A DNA stretch of 64,000 nt from Octopus sinensis (GCF_006345805.1 NC_043008.1:36146001-36210000), one strand, 5' to 3'. Shown: positions 49,969 to 62,870, counted from the stretch's first letter. Made by a program: numbers and translations. Notes: generated by a model not told the origin, from the letters alone.

Positions 49969-50732
49969 TATCATATGTATAATATATTTCTACAAATAAA
50001 CTAGCAGTAAGCAGCAGAATGGCTAATATTCTGATAGTTGTAATCAAACATCTAATAGCAATGGAAATATAAATTTCTCTGGAAAGCTTTCTTCAAATGA
50101 AAGGAACCCATTTGCTTGTTTAAATATTTACAACTTCCCTGCAGAACTTCGGTCTGTTCTTTCAACACATAGAAAAACTTTTCCATTGTTCTGTTGTGAA
50201 TAGAAAGCCATTGGCTGTATATTTGCATATTCATGTACACATTTATGCGTGTGTGCATATATACATACACACATTACATACACACATACATGCATGCATA
50301 CATACATGCATGCATACATACATATATATAAACATACATGCATATATATGTCTATGTGTGTGTGTATGTGTGCATGATTACCTATACATGTTGTATGCAA
50401 GTATGTATGTAAATTTTTTTAGGCTTTTATGTATATATATGTTACACACACACACAGACACACACACACAGGCACACACACACACACACACACACATACA
50501 CACACACACAGTTATGGTATATTCTGTTAAGGCTGTAGTAGAGTACAGTATAAAGATTGTTCACCTTCAGATTTACTCTGTGCTATCCAGTAGAAGTATT
50601 ATACGTCCTTCCAGGTTTGCATTTGGCCATCTGTCATGTGTGAATATATAATTGAAAAAAATTGAAGAAGGAGCAAGGAGTACAATTGGACATTTATTTT
50701 TAATCACTACAATTATTTCTGTGCAAGGTATT

Positions 50733-50895
50733 TCTCCAGTCATGCAGGTACTTAATTATGCAACTGTTTCCCTACATTATGAGATCTAGTTGTGTTTTCT
50801 CCAGAGAAAATATTTACATATCACCTGAGGAGGCACAACTAGATCTCATAATGCAGGGAAATGGTTGCATAATCAAGTACCTGCATGCCTGGAGA
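50733..50895. repeat. Inverted repeat, 62-bp arms, 39-nt spacer
   Basis: 5 mismatches in 62 bp by hand. Confidence 0.92.
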
Positions 50896-50948
50896 ACCAC
50901 ATTGTGTGGATACAATTGTAGTGATTGAAAATAAATGTCCAACTGTAC

Positions 50949-51035
50949 TACTTCTTGTTAGACTCCAAACTTTTTCAATTAAATATATATATATATATAA
51001 TTTAATTGAAAAAGTTTGGAGTCTAACAAGAAGTA
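50949..51035. repeat. Perfect 35-bp inverted repeat around (TA)n, at the 5' truncation of a Penelope fragment
   Basis: Arms 50949-50983 and 51001-51035. Confidence 0.93.
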
Positions 51036-51231
51036 TATATACATTAGTAAGAACTTTCCAAAAAATTCTAGATATTATTCAATTATTAATTCTCATATAG
51101 TTAGAGTTGCCTTCTCCAACACAAAGAATCTTTCACAAATTATATCTTCTCATAACTCCAGTCTGCTAAATAAAAGTTCATTTACTGAGAGTTCCAACAT
51201 TAATTATGTTAATACCAGCCCTTCCCATAGT

Positions 51232-51268
<37 letters not shown>

Positions 51269-51570
51269 CAGTTTTGGTCTCTGAGAACAACCCCAACAGA
51301 ATTATATTTATGTCTAATAATTCTAAGATCAAGAAATCTATATACCAATGTAGAATTTCTTCAGGTACTGATGTCTATTTCTATATTGGCACTTCCTCTT
51401 CCCAGTTATTTAAGAGAATTTCCAATCATTATTCTTCATTTAGGGATAGCAGTAAACGCAATAGCACGGCTTAGTAACTTGGTTTGGTATCTTAAAGACA
51501 ACAATAAGGATTTTAAGTTAGATTGGTTCATTCTATCCATCTCTTTCCCTTATGACAAGGGAAAGGATTC
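51001..51570 (+). mobile_element. Penelope-like element fragment (linker plus C-terminal GIY-YIG endonuclease)
   Basis: KNFPKNSRYYSIINSHIVRVAFSNTKNLSQIISSHN...SIYQCRI..FYIGT..FKRISNHYSSF..NSTA-LSNLVWYLK..LDWFIL..PY. Confidence 0.82.
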
Positions 51571-51942
51571 AAGTAGCCCATTCCGCTCAAAAGGTCCCTG
51601 AATAAGGATTGTTTAAGGATATTGAACGAACCATCCATGTTTCCAAAGGTGAATTATCCAAACCTCTAAGAATTCCTTTCAACACATGGGCTATGATGCT
51701 TCCCCACTACTTCTGCTCATGATCAGAGATGCACATATCATCAGCCACCAAGGGACATGCTCAACTGGTTATGGTCAAACAACTGACAGGCAAATCTGTG
51801 GTATTGAGCAGAATATTTGCTGTAGACCATCTTTTATACCAAGACAAAACAATGTACATGATAACACTTCCAATCGGTTAAGATCAGAAGCCATGAGAGC
51901 ACACTGTCTGGTACTGCATCAGAGCATTGGGGCATTATCATT

Positions 51943-51977
<35 letters not shown>

Positions 51978-52021
51978 TATTATTATTATTATTATCATCA
52001 CCATCATCATCATCATCATCA

Positions 52022-52076
<55 letters not shown>

Positions 52077-52139
52077 TATATATACACACACATATATAAA
52101 ATACATATGTATGCATAAGTGTCTGTATGTAAGTATATA

Positions 52140-52530
52140 TGCGTGGTGGTGGTGGTGAGGAGGATGAGGATGAGGATGAGGATGATGAGGAGGGTGAGGA
52201 AGGAGGAGGAGAGGAGGTGGAGGAGGAGGGGTGGAGTAGGAGGAGGAAAGGAGGTGGAAGATGAGGTGGAGTAGGAGGAGGAGGAGGAGAGGAGGAGGAG
52301 AGTAGGAGGAGGAGAGTAGGTGGAGGAGGATGAAGAAGGAGGAGAGGATGAGGTGGAGGATGAGGTGGAGGAGAAGGAGAGTAGGTGGAGGAGGATTAGG
52401 AAGGAGGAGGAGAGGAGGAGGTGGAGGAGGAGAGGATGAGGTGGAGGAGGAGGAGGAAGAGGAGGAGAGGAGGAGGTGGAGGAGGAGGAGGAGGAGGTGG
52501 AGGAGGTGGAGGAGGAAGAGGAGGAGGCAT
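52140..52530. repeat. (GGA)n-rich polypurine tract
   Basis: Directly visible. Confidence 0.95.
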
Positions 52531-53147
52531 TACTGCTGTTTAAAATGTTGAAAGTGATGATGATAACACTACTAACCTTGCTGATGATGGATGATGACAG
52601 ATGATGATGATGGTGAAGAAAAAACAATTCGTGACAATGATGATAATGCTGCTGCTGCTGCCACTCACTGATGACAATGATGATGATGATGGTCATAATG
52701 ATAATGATAATGATGATGATGATGATAACAGCAATAAAGATGATAACAAAAATGATAACAATGATGATGATGATGATGATGATGATGGCAATGATGATGA
52801 GGATGTTAACGATCGTTCTGACTTGTTTTCCAAGATTCTCTGCAGCAACTTGGCTTTTAATTACATGTTTTCTTATAGAATTCCATATATTCCATATTAC
52901 AGGAAGCATGTAATGGGGTGGTACTAGAGGGGTGGAGTAGGGTAGCTTCACACGCACATGCACACGCACGCACATGCACACACACACACACACACACACA
53001 TATGCACACACACTTTGTGGTTGCCCTTTGTTAGACATCTCTTCACAACAACATTACTATTGATGAGATTCCATCAAGAAATTTGGAGAATTAGACATCG
53101 AAAAGTCAAAAGATAGAACCGATAGCATCAAGTATTTCAACTGAAGC

Positions 53148-53246
53148 TATTCCACTGCCATTCCACTGCCATTCCACTGCCATTCCACTGCCATTCCACT
53201 GCCATTCCACTACCATTCCACTGCCATTCCACTGCTATTCTACTGC
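53148..53246. repeat. 11-bp minisatellite (CATTCCACTGC) x9
   Basis: Directly visible. Confidence 0.95.
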
Positions 53247-54639
53247 TATAAACCAATATTTTAATTACCAAACATTGTAAGAATGAAAGGCAAAAGCTGA
53301 CTTCAGTAGGATTTGAACTCAGGATACAGAGAGCTGTGACATATACTGCAATATAATCTCCTTGTTACTCTACAAACTCTGCCTTAAATTTGTTATTTCA
53401 CAGAAAAATTTTTTGCAATTCTCATGAGAATTTTATTTCTTCTAAACAGTTCTCTGATGAAATGCAACTCTAAAAACAACAGGCTTGTTATGGTTGATAA
53501 GATGTTACTTTCATCCGTCAGTTTCTATGACAGGGTGGGATGAAATTTCCCTCTCCTTCGCTCTACTCCCTGCCCCAACCACAATCCCACACCCTCCACT
53601 ACCCTGCATGTTTCCTATGATAATAGAACACATGGAATTGTATGTGCCGTGTAATTAAAACCAGGTTGCTTAAGGAACCTTGGAAAATATAACAGACCAA
53701 TGGTTACCATTATCAGTTGTCATCATAATTGATGTCAACATCATTGGCACCATCATTACCATCACCATCTTCATCATCATATTGTCTTCACCTTTTCATT
53801 ACCAGCATCATCATCATCATCATCATAAACATAAACATCATTATCATCATCCCTTATAATGTTATCATATATATATACATACATACATACATATATATAT
53901 ACATATGAATAAAAATTAGAGAAAAACCACTATTATGTAATTCAAACAATGATAGATGTAAATCATACAATATAGAAAAAATAAAATATATGACAAAACA
54001 TTTATCTAAATCACAATAAAGTACATGATAATAAATGAACAGTATATAATTTGTAAATAGACAATGTACGTTACATGTCTATATCTTCAATTCAAATTAC
54101 AATTAAATTTAAATTTAATCGATCCAAAAACAATTCAATTTAAGATATAGTCACTCCACAGGTCAACAATAATAACAATAATAGTTAAATAAATACATAT
54201 TTTTAATAAATAATCAAACAGAATTAAACAATATTTCTTAAAGAAATAAAGACATGATCTTTCTTATAGAAGAAATTCCGTTAACTAAATTTTAACTAAA
54301 TCTTCTCATCAGGAAAGTAAGAGATCTCATCTCAACAACAAGACATTATAACAATTTTTATTACTGCATAAATGATAAACAGAAAGCTATGAAGTTATTT
54401 TAAAATAACCGTTAGTATATCTGATGTCAAAGTTAGACCATAGAAAGAGAAGGGGTAAAGAAATAATAAGTAGAGAACAAATAAAGGAGAAATATAGAGG
54501 GATATGTTGGTTGAAAAAAATGTTCAAAGGCTTGGAAGTAGATTTTTCCAAGGAAGTAAAGTGCAAGGTGAACTAAATGTTCAAACTATACAGACTGGTA
54601 TAAATCACTTATATAGGCTAAATGTGTGTTTCTGCCAGT

Positions 54640-54789
54640 GCTTACGTTTGATTTTTTGTTTCAAGTTAGCCAGCTGATGACAGTAGACATCAGAATTAAT
54701 GGTCTGGTTTTGTGGAAGAAGCTCATAATGAATAATGCCTTCATGATTCCACTAAATGCAAAGCATAGCATTTTTGGCATGGATATTCA
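54640..54789 (-). mobile_element. Mariner transposase catalytic-region fragment, cut by the assembly gap
   Basis: HAKK-MLCI*WNHEGIIHYELLPQNQTINSDVYCHQLANLKQKIKRK. Confidence 0.85.
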
Positions 54790-54889
54790 NNNNNNNNNNN
54801 NNNNNNNNNNNNNNNNNNNNNNNNNNNNNNNNNNNNNNNNNNNNNNNNNNNNNNNNNNNNNNNNNNNNNNNNNNNNNNNNNNNNNNNNN
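54790..54889. other. Assembly gap (100 N, true size unknown)
   Basis: Run of N. Confidence 1.
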
Positions 54890-55397
54890 GCTGACTTCCA
54901 GGATGCGTTTCATGCAAGTTAATGATGCACATCAAACATTGTGCATCTCAAAATTACACATTGATACTTTTAATGGCCAGCTGCTTTCACAGTTCGCTTC
55001 CAGTCAGCCTTTCGGGGATTATATCAGTGAATGTCAACCATCCAACATCCAGAGTTACCTCGTGTTCAAGGCATGGGAAATTGATAGAGTGGTTGTTAGA
55101 GAGTTGTAAGGAATAGCTTGCTGCATTCATTCTGGCTCCCTGCATTCTGAGTTCGAATCATATTGATGTTGACTTTGATGTTCGTCTTTACAGGGGTCAA
55201 TAAATAAAGGACCAGTTGAGATTGGTGGAGCATTTTTGAAGTTTTTTTTTTACAACCACCTGGTTTCAGGTTCAATCCTAATGAGGTATAACACTTCAGG
55301 AAAATGCATTGTACCATACTTTTGGAGAGACTAATGTCTACACATCAAAGGAACTGGTCAACTGAAGCTGACAAGAAGCTTGTCATGTATGTATGTG

Positions 55398-55462
<65 letters not shown>

Positions 55463-55499
55463 ACACACACAGTAGGTTCAGAATTCATCTAAGGCTGGG

Positions 55500-55760
55500 G
55501 TTGTGGGTCATACTCTCCCAGCACAATTCAGGCGCACAACAAATTCACTGCAAAACAATTTCTATTCCTTAACGGGCCTTGCTCCATTTAACAACATCCC
55601 AAAGCAAATGAGAAAAGAAAAAGATCCCACCATCTTCAAACAATATCTGGACAAAACCCTTCAAGGAATGCCAGATAAGCCACCTATACCTGGATACATT
55701 TCAGTCAATAAAAAACTCCCTACTTGAATGGGCCATAATGCCACAAAATTTGACTTAAAA
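55500..55760 (+). mobile_element. CR1/L2-group LINE 3' end
   Basis: LQNNFYSLTGLAPFNNIPKQMR..FKQYLDKTL..MPDKPPIPGY motif. Confidence 0.65.
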
Positions 55761-55788
55761 ATGACTTAAGAGATCATATCAAATGATG

Positions 55789-55853
<65 letters not shown>

Positions 55854-55875
55854 TGTATGTATGTATGTATGTATG

Positions 55876-56420
55876 TCAGGTCACTTTCGAGTGCTGCTGG
55901 TTACATGTAACCCAATACAACCTGTTGCATGGTCGGGTCGTCGGCGACTAAACTGGCAACCCCACCAAGCTTGCTTGGTGAGGAGGGTGTTTATTTGACA
56001 CCCTGCGGGATGAAAAGCAAAACCCGTCAAAGGGCGGAGGAACTCTTGAGAGTCAATGGCCATCCAATAAATGTCTTAAGGCTGTATCATGCGTGGAGAC
56101 ATAGAAATAATTGGACTGAATACCCGATCGCGCGGTTAAACCATTGGGAGTGAAGGACTCCTAGCCTTTGTTGGGGCATCCTTCCAAGAGAAGGTAACTC
56201 AGGTAACTGGGATAACTCCGACATAAAACCTGCAGCTCAGTGGTTACCGATGATGTCGACTTGTTCTTCTTTTCGGATTATGGCTGCTGTTGCATAGCGA
56301 GTGGGATTGAGGGCACAGCCTTTCCTCACTTTAGAAAAATCTTCTTGCACAGGCATTGCACGATAACAACATTGATTAGGCTTCGTGCAATGGCCATACT
56401 TGATAATGAGGGGGCAGCCA
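55876..56420 (+). mobile_element. Probable RTE-like 5' UTR segment (CpG-rich)
   Basis: ggcatccttccaagagaaggtaactc..taaaacc resembles RTE 5' UTRs from recall; bounded by (ATGT)n on both sides. Confidence 0.4.
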
Positions 56421-56459
56421 CCATGTATGTATGTATGTATGTATGTATGTATAACCAGC

Positions 56460-56790
56460 CCATTTAAGAGGACTCTTCAATCATTGGACAATAAACTATG
56501 TTTGCGAAGACCTGTTGAGGTAAATGAAATCGTTGTTGTGGCTGATGACAGTACCACCTGATTGGCACCCATGCCATTGGAATGTTAAAAGCCCCATTTG
56601 AGTGTGATCATTGCAAGGGCCACTGACTGGCTCCCATGCTGGTGGCATGCAAAAAGCACCATTCGCGCGTGGTCATTGCCAGTGCTACTGGACCGGCTCC
56701 TGTGCAGGTGGCATGCAAAAAGCACCATTTGAGCGTGGATAATGCCAGTACTGCCTGATTGGCCCTCATGCTGGTGGCATGTAAAAGGAG
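56460..56790 (+). mobile_element. RTE 3' UTR fragment with ~60-bp tandem units
   Basis: Repeated ggtggcatgcaaaaagcacc, as at 31990-32200. Confidence 0.7.
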
Positions 56791-56963
56791 GAGTAGATAG
56801 ATAGCTGACAACTGATGAAGGGTCATTCTTTGTGTTACTTGTCCTGTTTTCCATTTGTTTCTCTTGTTGTTTGCGTATTGAACTCATTTGTTTCGCATTT
56901 CATGTTGTTTACTGTTGGTGATGTCCTGTACCCATATATGCATATATATATATATATATATTG

Positions 56964-57199
56964 CTGTGTCTGGCAAGAGTCATTCTATTTTAGTGCCTTA
57001 TGATTTAACACATTCACTGGTAAAAATTCCACTCATCCACTTATTTATTTTTCTAAAATTTTCGTTGAATCTTGCAATCTTTTCAAGTAAGATGCAATGA
57101 AAATTTTAAAAAATAAACAAGTAAATGAGTAGAAATTTTACTGTGAGTGTATTAAATCATAAGGCACTAAAAGAGAATGACTCTTCTCAGACAAAACAG
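56964..57199. mobile_element. Internally collapsed long-TIR MITE forming a ~110-bp-arm hairpin
   Basis: Arms about 85% identical; a single arm of the same family lies at about 37370-37510, ending cagacacaacag|ta. Confidence 0.75.
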
Positions 57200-57268
57200 A
57201 ATATGCTTCAACACACTAACTCACATAAAGAATCTTGCAAACCAAATCCCAAAACGAAATATATATAT

Positions 57269-57330
<62 letters not shown>

Positions 57331-57397
57331 TATATATACACACACATCTACATACATATTTATTTATTTACATAACAACAGATAGATATTGTGTCAA

Positions 57398-57565
57398 TCC
57401 ACTACAGCTGTTTCCAACAAGTTTTTTAATTTATAAATGGTGAAATTACATCATTAGAAAAAACCGTTTTCTTAAGGTGAATACATGAATCATGAAAGCC
57501 AACAGCTTGTGCCACTTCATGTCTCTATGACCAATTAAAAACTCGTTGGAAACAGCTGTAGTGGA
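57398..57565. repeat. Inverted repeat, 32/33-bp core arms (extendable to about 50 bp)
   Basis: tccactacagctgtttccaac(a/g)agttttt(t)aat on both strands. Confidence 0.85.
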
Positions 57566-57635
57566 GTGATACATTATCCCTCTGTTATTTATTTATTTAT
57601 TTATTTATTATTTATTTATTATTCACCTCACTCAG

Positions 57636-57736
57636 AACTTGCATCTTGCGTGAATCCGAAATATATTATGAACTGTACATCTAGTGCAATGTGCATTGCT
57701 TCGATTAGCCTTGGGGTTTGTGCTGTACTCAGTTAG
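57636..57736 (+). CDS. Weak candidate terminal exon, xLASCVNPKYIMNCTSSAMCIASISLGVCAVLS*
   Basis: Good acceptor ttattcacctcactcag|; CpG-containing unique sequence. Confidence 0.15.
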
Positions 57737-57890
57737 GTTCAGTTCATCGTAGAGATAACCTGAATATTTTTCCACGTGTACTTTGGTACTCACATATGTA
57801 TTCCTCTCCTTTTGTTGTGTAAACATTTTATTTTATGACCCACCCTGGTGCCTTACCGTTTAAGTGCCTGATTTACTCGAATCCTGATCT

Positions 57891-57932
<42 letters not shown>

Positions 57933-57966
57933 TATATATATACATACAAACACACGTGTACACACA

Positions 57967-58005
<39 letters not shown>

Positions 58006-58069
58006 CACCCACTTTCAACAGTCTAAAATCAAATATGAACAACAGCAACAACTCCAACAGTAGCAGCAA

Positions 58070-58131
<62 letters not shown>

Positions 58132-58549
58132 TAATAATAACAACAACAACAACATTAACTTCACAGTTACTGGATTTCATTGCTTCCACACCTCTTATCC
58201 TGTCCCATAATTTGACAGCCAATCATGGCAAAGCAAGATTCCAAGAAACTGTAGTGAAACAAAATCTTTCTAGGCCTTTTAATTATGAGCAGCTGAAAAT
58301 ATGATCCCAAATATAACGGAGAGACATGTTCATATTCTTGTGCGAAGTCTATATATTTCATCTTTACCTTCCTACACCCTCTCTCTAATTCTGGCTCTCT
58401 CTCTCTCTCTCTTTCTCTGTCTGTCTGTCTGACTGACTGACTCTACATGCACATACAAGTACATTTATATATACACATGCATATATATGCATATGCTTGT
58501 ACATATATGCGCGTGTGTGTTTGTGTGTGTGTGTGTTTGTATATGTACA

Positions 58550-58782
58550 TATACTCTTTACTCTTACTCCTTTACTTGTTTCAGTTATTTGACTGCGGCC
58601 ATGCTGGAGCACCGCCTTTAATCGAGCAACTCGAAACCGGGACTTATTCTTTGTAAGCCCAGTACTTATTCTATCGGTCTCTTTAGCCGAACCGCTAATG
58701 GTCGGGGACATAAACACACCAGCATTGGTTGTCAAGGAGGACAAACACAGACACAAAACATACACGCACACACACACATATA

Positions 58783-58827
<45 letters not shown>

Positions 58828-58869
58828 CGGGAAGCTTTATGAAAATAGACAAAAGACGAAGGCAGGTGG

Positions 58870-58907
<38 letters not shown>

Positions 58908-59063
58908 TACGAGGGCTTCTTCCAGTTTCCATCTACCAAATCCACTCACAAGGCTTTGGTCAGCCGAGGCTATAGTAGAAGACACTTGCCCGAGGTGCCA
59001 TGCAGTGGGACTGAACCTGCAACCATGTGGTTGGCAAGCAAGCTACTTACCACACAGCCACTC
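58550..59063 (-). mobile_element. CORE-like SINE, young, with an unrelated ~50-bp insert in its (TA)n
   Basis: As 15715; insert at about 58828-58875. Confidence 0.85.
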
Positions 59064-59583
59064 CACATAAATATATAAATATATATATACACATACACAC
59101 ACAGATATATCCATACATAAATGTATGTATAATCTATCTATCTATCTGTATATCATCATCATCATATGATGATGATGATATATAAATATATATATATATA
59201 TATATATGTATGTATTGTATATATATGTGTGTATATATATATATATATACACACACGCAAACACACACACACACACATATAACATACATATATATAGATA
59301 GATGGATATAAACAGGTAGATAAACATAGATATATATATACATATGTATATGCATGTGCATATACATATGTACACACAAACACATGCGGATGTGCACGCA
59401 CACACACATATATGTATATGGCATATGACCACATTATGCACTGAAATTAAAGATGCTGTGCCTTTCTGTCATGTGTTCCTATGATGACGAAGGCTTACAT
59501 CATCATGGCAAGAGCATGACCCATCCCTTGGAGACAAACAGTACTTCAATAAAGAACATGAAAATATTGGCAGTCATGTGTGC

Positions 59584-59623
<40 letters not shown>

Positions 59624-59819
59624 TATATTTTTATCATCACTCTCTCTCTCCCCTCTCTGTTTTTATATAAATAAATATACATATATAGACATGTATGTAT
59701 GTATATATACACCCAAACACATGCCATACACACATACATGCGTACATATACATACATATATACATATATATATATGTATATATATACATATACCTACATA
59801 CATACATACATACATATAT

Positions 59820-59927
<108 letters not shown>

Positions 59928-59928
59928 A

Positions 59929-60372
59929 CAGGTTGTTGTCAACTTATGACCACAACTGGTTCCGACTGACTGGTCGTAAGTCAGCCTATAGGCCTATACA
60001 TAGCTTGTTTTATATTTTACATTCTTAAGGTACATTCTCAGGTAAAAGTTATACACTGCATTGGTAAAAAATTTTGGAGTCTCAAACAGTCATCTCATAA
60101 ACAAATACAAGTTGCCTAGATGTCTCCACGACAGGATATTCATCTAACATTCGGGATAACCACAGTGGGGATTGATAACCAAACCTAGGGGAAGCACTTA
60201 TTAGCTGACATCATCTGTAGACATGTTAATTTCTAAGAAATTAAACCCATTAGATTTCAACTGGACTATTTATTATTGCTGCTGGGAGGTGGCATGCCAA
60301 TCATCATAAAATCGATCAGTTGGAAGTTGGGTAGGTCGTAAGTTGGATAGGTTGTAAGTCAATGATAGCCTG
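59929..60372. mobile_element. Tigger/pogo-like non-autonomous element
   Basis: TA|caggttgttgtcaacttatgacc ... ggttgtaagtcaatgatagcctg|TA; the TIRs differ only by transitions. Confidence 0.7.
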
Positions 60373-60403
<31 letters not shown>

Positions 60404-60404
60404 T

Positions 60405-60610
60405 GGTTTTACATTTTGGCACAAGGCTAGCAATTTCAGAAGCTGGGGATAAATGAATCACATCAAACCTAGTACTCAACTGGTCCTTACCCAAAGTATG
60501 AAAATCAAAGTCAACCTTGGCAGAATTTGAACTCAAAATGTAAAGATGGACAAAATTCCACTAAACATTTAGCCCAGTCTGCTAACGTTTCTGCCAGCTT
60601 GCTGCCTTCA
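60405..60610 (-). mobile_element. Meta-domain-like SINE, old
   Basis: As 27310, diverged. Confidence 0.7.
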
Positions 60611-60714
60611 CACACACACACACACACACATTACCATTCATGCAATACAGCATTATAGAAGTATTTTAGCTGATATTACCATTCTGTTCCACATACATGA
60701 ACATCATATTTGTT

Positions 60715-60970
60715 TCAGGCAAATTATCCGGACCAAATCCATTCTTTTTTCTCGGGCATTCCTGTCTTTTATGCCATTTTACTGGTCTTTTAAATCTAAC
60801 TCTGCAACATGAGAGAATTGATCAATGCACGTCATTCTGGGGTTTCCAACACAAGAATTCCCACTAAAGGCCCACTGAAGGGTCTCAATCACTAATTTAT
60901 CTTTGCTTTGTTAGCAATGACTAACATTTTGTCCTCCACTCTCAAACGGTTGATGGTATGTTCAGGATCA
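60715..60970 (-). mobile_element. RTE-clade LINE 3' end, decayed
   Basis: LQW...G.PRMTCIDQF....L..KDRNAREKRMDLVR resembles the RTE C-terminus. Confidence 0.5.
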
Positions 60971-61329
60971 ATAAAAGAATTTTAATGGAATGGAAGGTTT
61001 ATGATACCTGTGGAGTATCTCCTTTTCCCATTATAATTATTTTTGTAGTTTCAAGGATCTGGAACATGAAGAAGTTTACAAGCAGAGTACAATTCAATAG
61101 CCATTTATTTACAGAGTTCTCATTCATGTGGTTCACTCTCAGTGACCATCTTTTGGCAGTGCATGGTTTGTTTTAACTCTGTACACATGAGTTCATTACC
61201 TCTGGAGATAAGCACGCGGAGAGTTCACTGTGAGCTGCTGGCTTTGCAGAGTTTCTTGGCATTGAGTGTGAGAAGAGTGAGAAGGAGATACTCTACAGGT
61301 ATCATAAACCTTCCATTCCATTATAATTT

Positions 61330-61825
61330 CTTTATTGACCACAAAGGGTTTACATTAGGCACAAGGTCTGCAATTTTGTTGGGTGGGATCTAGTTGATTA
61401 CATCGACCCCAATGAGTAATTGGTACCTATTTTATCGCTCCTGGAAGAATAAAAGGCAAAGTTGACTTCAGTGGAATTTGAACTCAGAATGTAAAGACAG
61501 ATGAAAAGCTATTAAGCATTTTGCCCTGTGTGCTAATGATTCTGCCAGTGTGCCACCTTAATAATGATGATGACGACGATGACGAGGACAACAATGACGA
61601 TGATGATGATGATGATGATGATAATCCTTTCTACTATAGGCACAAGGCCTGAAATTTTCAGGGAGGGGTAAGTCAATTACATTGACCCCAATACTCAACT
61701 GGTACTTAATTTATCAACCCCAAAAAGATGAAAGGCAAACTAGACCTTAGCAGGATTTGAACTCAGAACTTGAATCCAGAAGAAATGGCACAAGAAATGT
61801 GCTAATGATTCTGCCAGCTTGAAGA
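61330..61825 (-). mobile_element. Two Meta-domain-like SINEs in tandem (61330-61560, 61625-61825)
   Basis: Same domain and head. Confidence 0.75.
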
Positions 61826-62149
61826 ATAAAACAAAGAAATCTGTGAAAAATCTCAAAAACAAGACAAGAATAAGATAGAAATACCATGGTTTGTATGTGT
61901 CATCAGAGCTAGAACAGGGTGTAATGGTGGTGCATGCTGTCATCTGGGGATGAGGGAGATAAGATGCGTGGAAAGATGTTATATTTAACAACATCTAACA
62001 CATGACAGACAGTGTGGCGGGTTGAGGTGGGTGGGAAAGAGGAATGCAGCTTGGTTGTAAAAAATAATGTTGGAGATGAGAAGTAGGGGGAGAGAGGATA
62101 GAAGCAGAGAGTAGTGGGAGGGCACAGGCTAATGACAATGGTCATAGTG

Positions 62150-62281
62150 ATAATCCCATTGTGATGACACCGACAGTGATGACGATGATGATGATGATGA
62201 TGATGATGACGATGATGATGATGATGATGATGATAATGATGACAATGATGATGATGATGATGACGACGACGACAATGATGA

Positions 62282-62315
<34 letters not shown>

Positions 62316-62472
62316 CGATGATGATGATCATGATGACAATGATGATGATGATGATGACGACGACGACAATGATGATGATGATGATGATGATGATGATGCC
62401 GATAGTGGTGGTAGCAGTGTCGATGATAATGATGATGATGATGGGAATCATGGAGATAATATATTGCCAATA

Positions 62473-62520
<48 letters not shown>

Positions 62521-62870
62521 AAGGTGGTGCCGATGATGACACTGACAACATGTCGGACAGTGACCCACAGCAACAATAACAATGGAGACAGAGAGCACTG
62601 AAGATGACACTGCCGATGATAATGATGGTAATGACAATGGATGATGATGAAGATGGTGATGGTGATGATGAGGATGATGAGGATGTTGATGATGATGATG
62701 GTGATGATGATGATGATGATGGTGATGGTGACGATGATGGTGATGGTGACAATGATATTGATGGTGCTGCTGATGATGTTGATAATGATGTGGGTGTTGC
62801 TGATGTATTGATAACAACAATGATGGTGAGGAGGAGGAGGAGGAGGAGGAGGAGGAGGAGGAGGGGGGGG
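62150..62870. repeat. (GAT)n/(CTG)15/(GGA)n compound trinucleotide tract
   Basis: Directly visible. Confidence 0.95.

Noticed and set aside
53148-53246. CRISPR-like array (also considered 40753-40869)
   Set aside because: Contiguous tandem units with no unique spacers; eukaryotic context with no cas genes.
54251-54312. Minus-strand CTGATGA...GAAA...GTC hammerhead-like motif
   Set aside because: Stem I does not pair, 5 extra nt precede GAAA and stem III is broken; at best a dead remnant.
54626-55109. ORFs spanning the N run
   Set aside because: Artefact of translating through the gap. The left side is minus-strand mariner; the right side is unrelated and unassigned (faint RTE-like FEM..KRILEVS on the minus strand).
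55876-55960. HDV-like ribozyme in the putative RTE 5' UTR (ggcgaCTAAactggcaac)
   Set aside because: P4, J4/2 and a possible P2 are visible, but 34 nt lie where P3-L3-P3'-P1' needs about 20 and no L3 consensus is present. I could not build the fold; an RNArobo/Infernal search would settle it.
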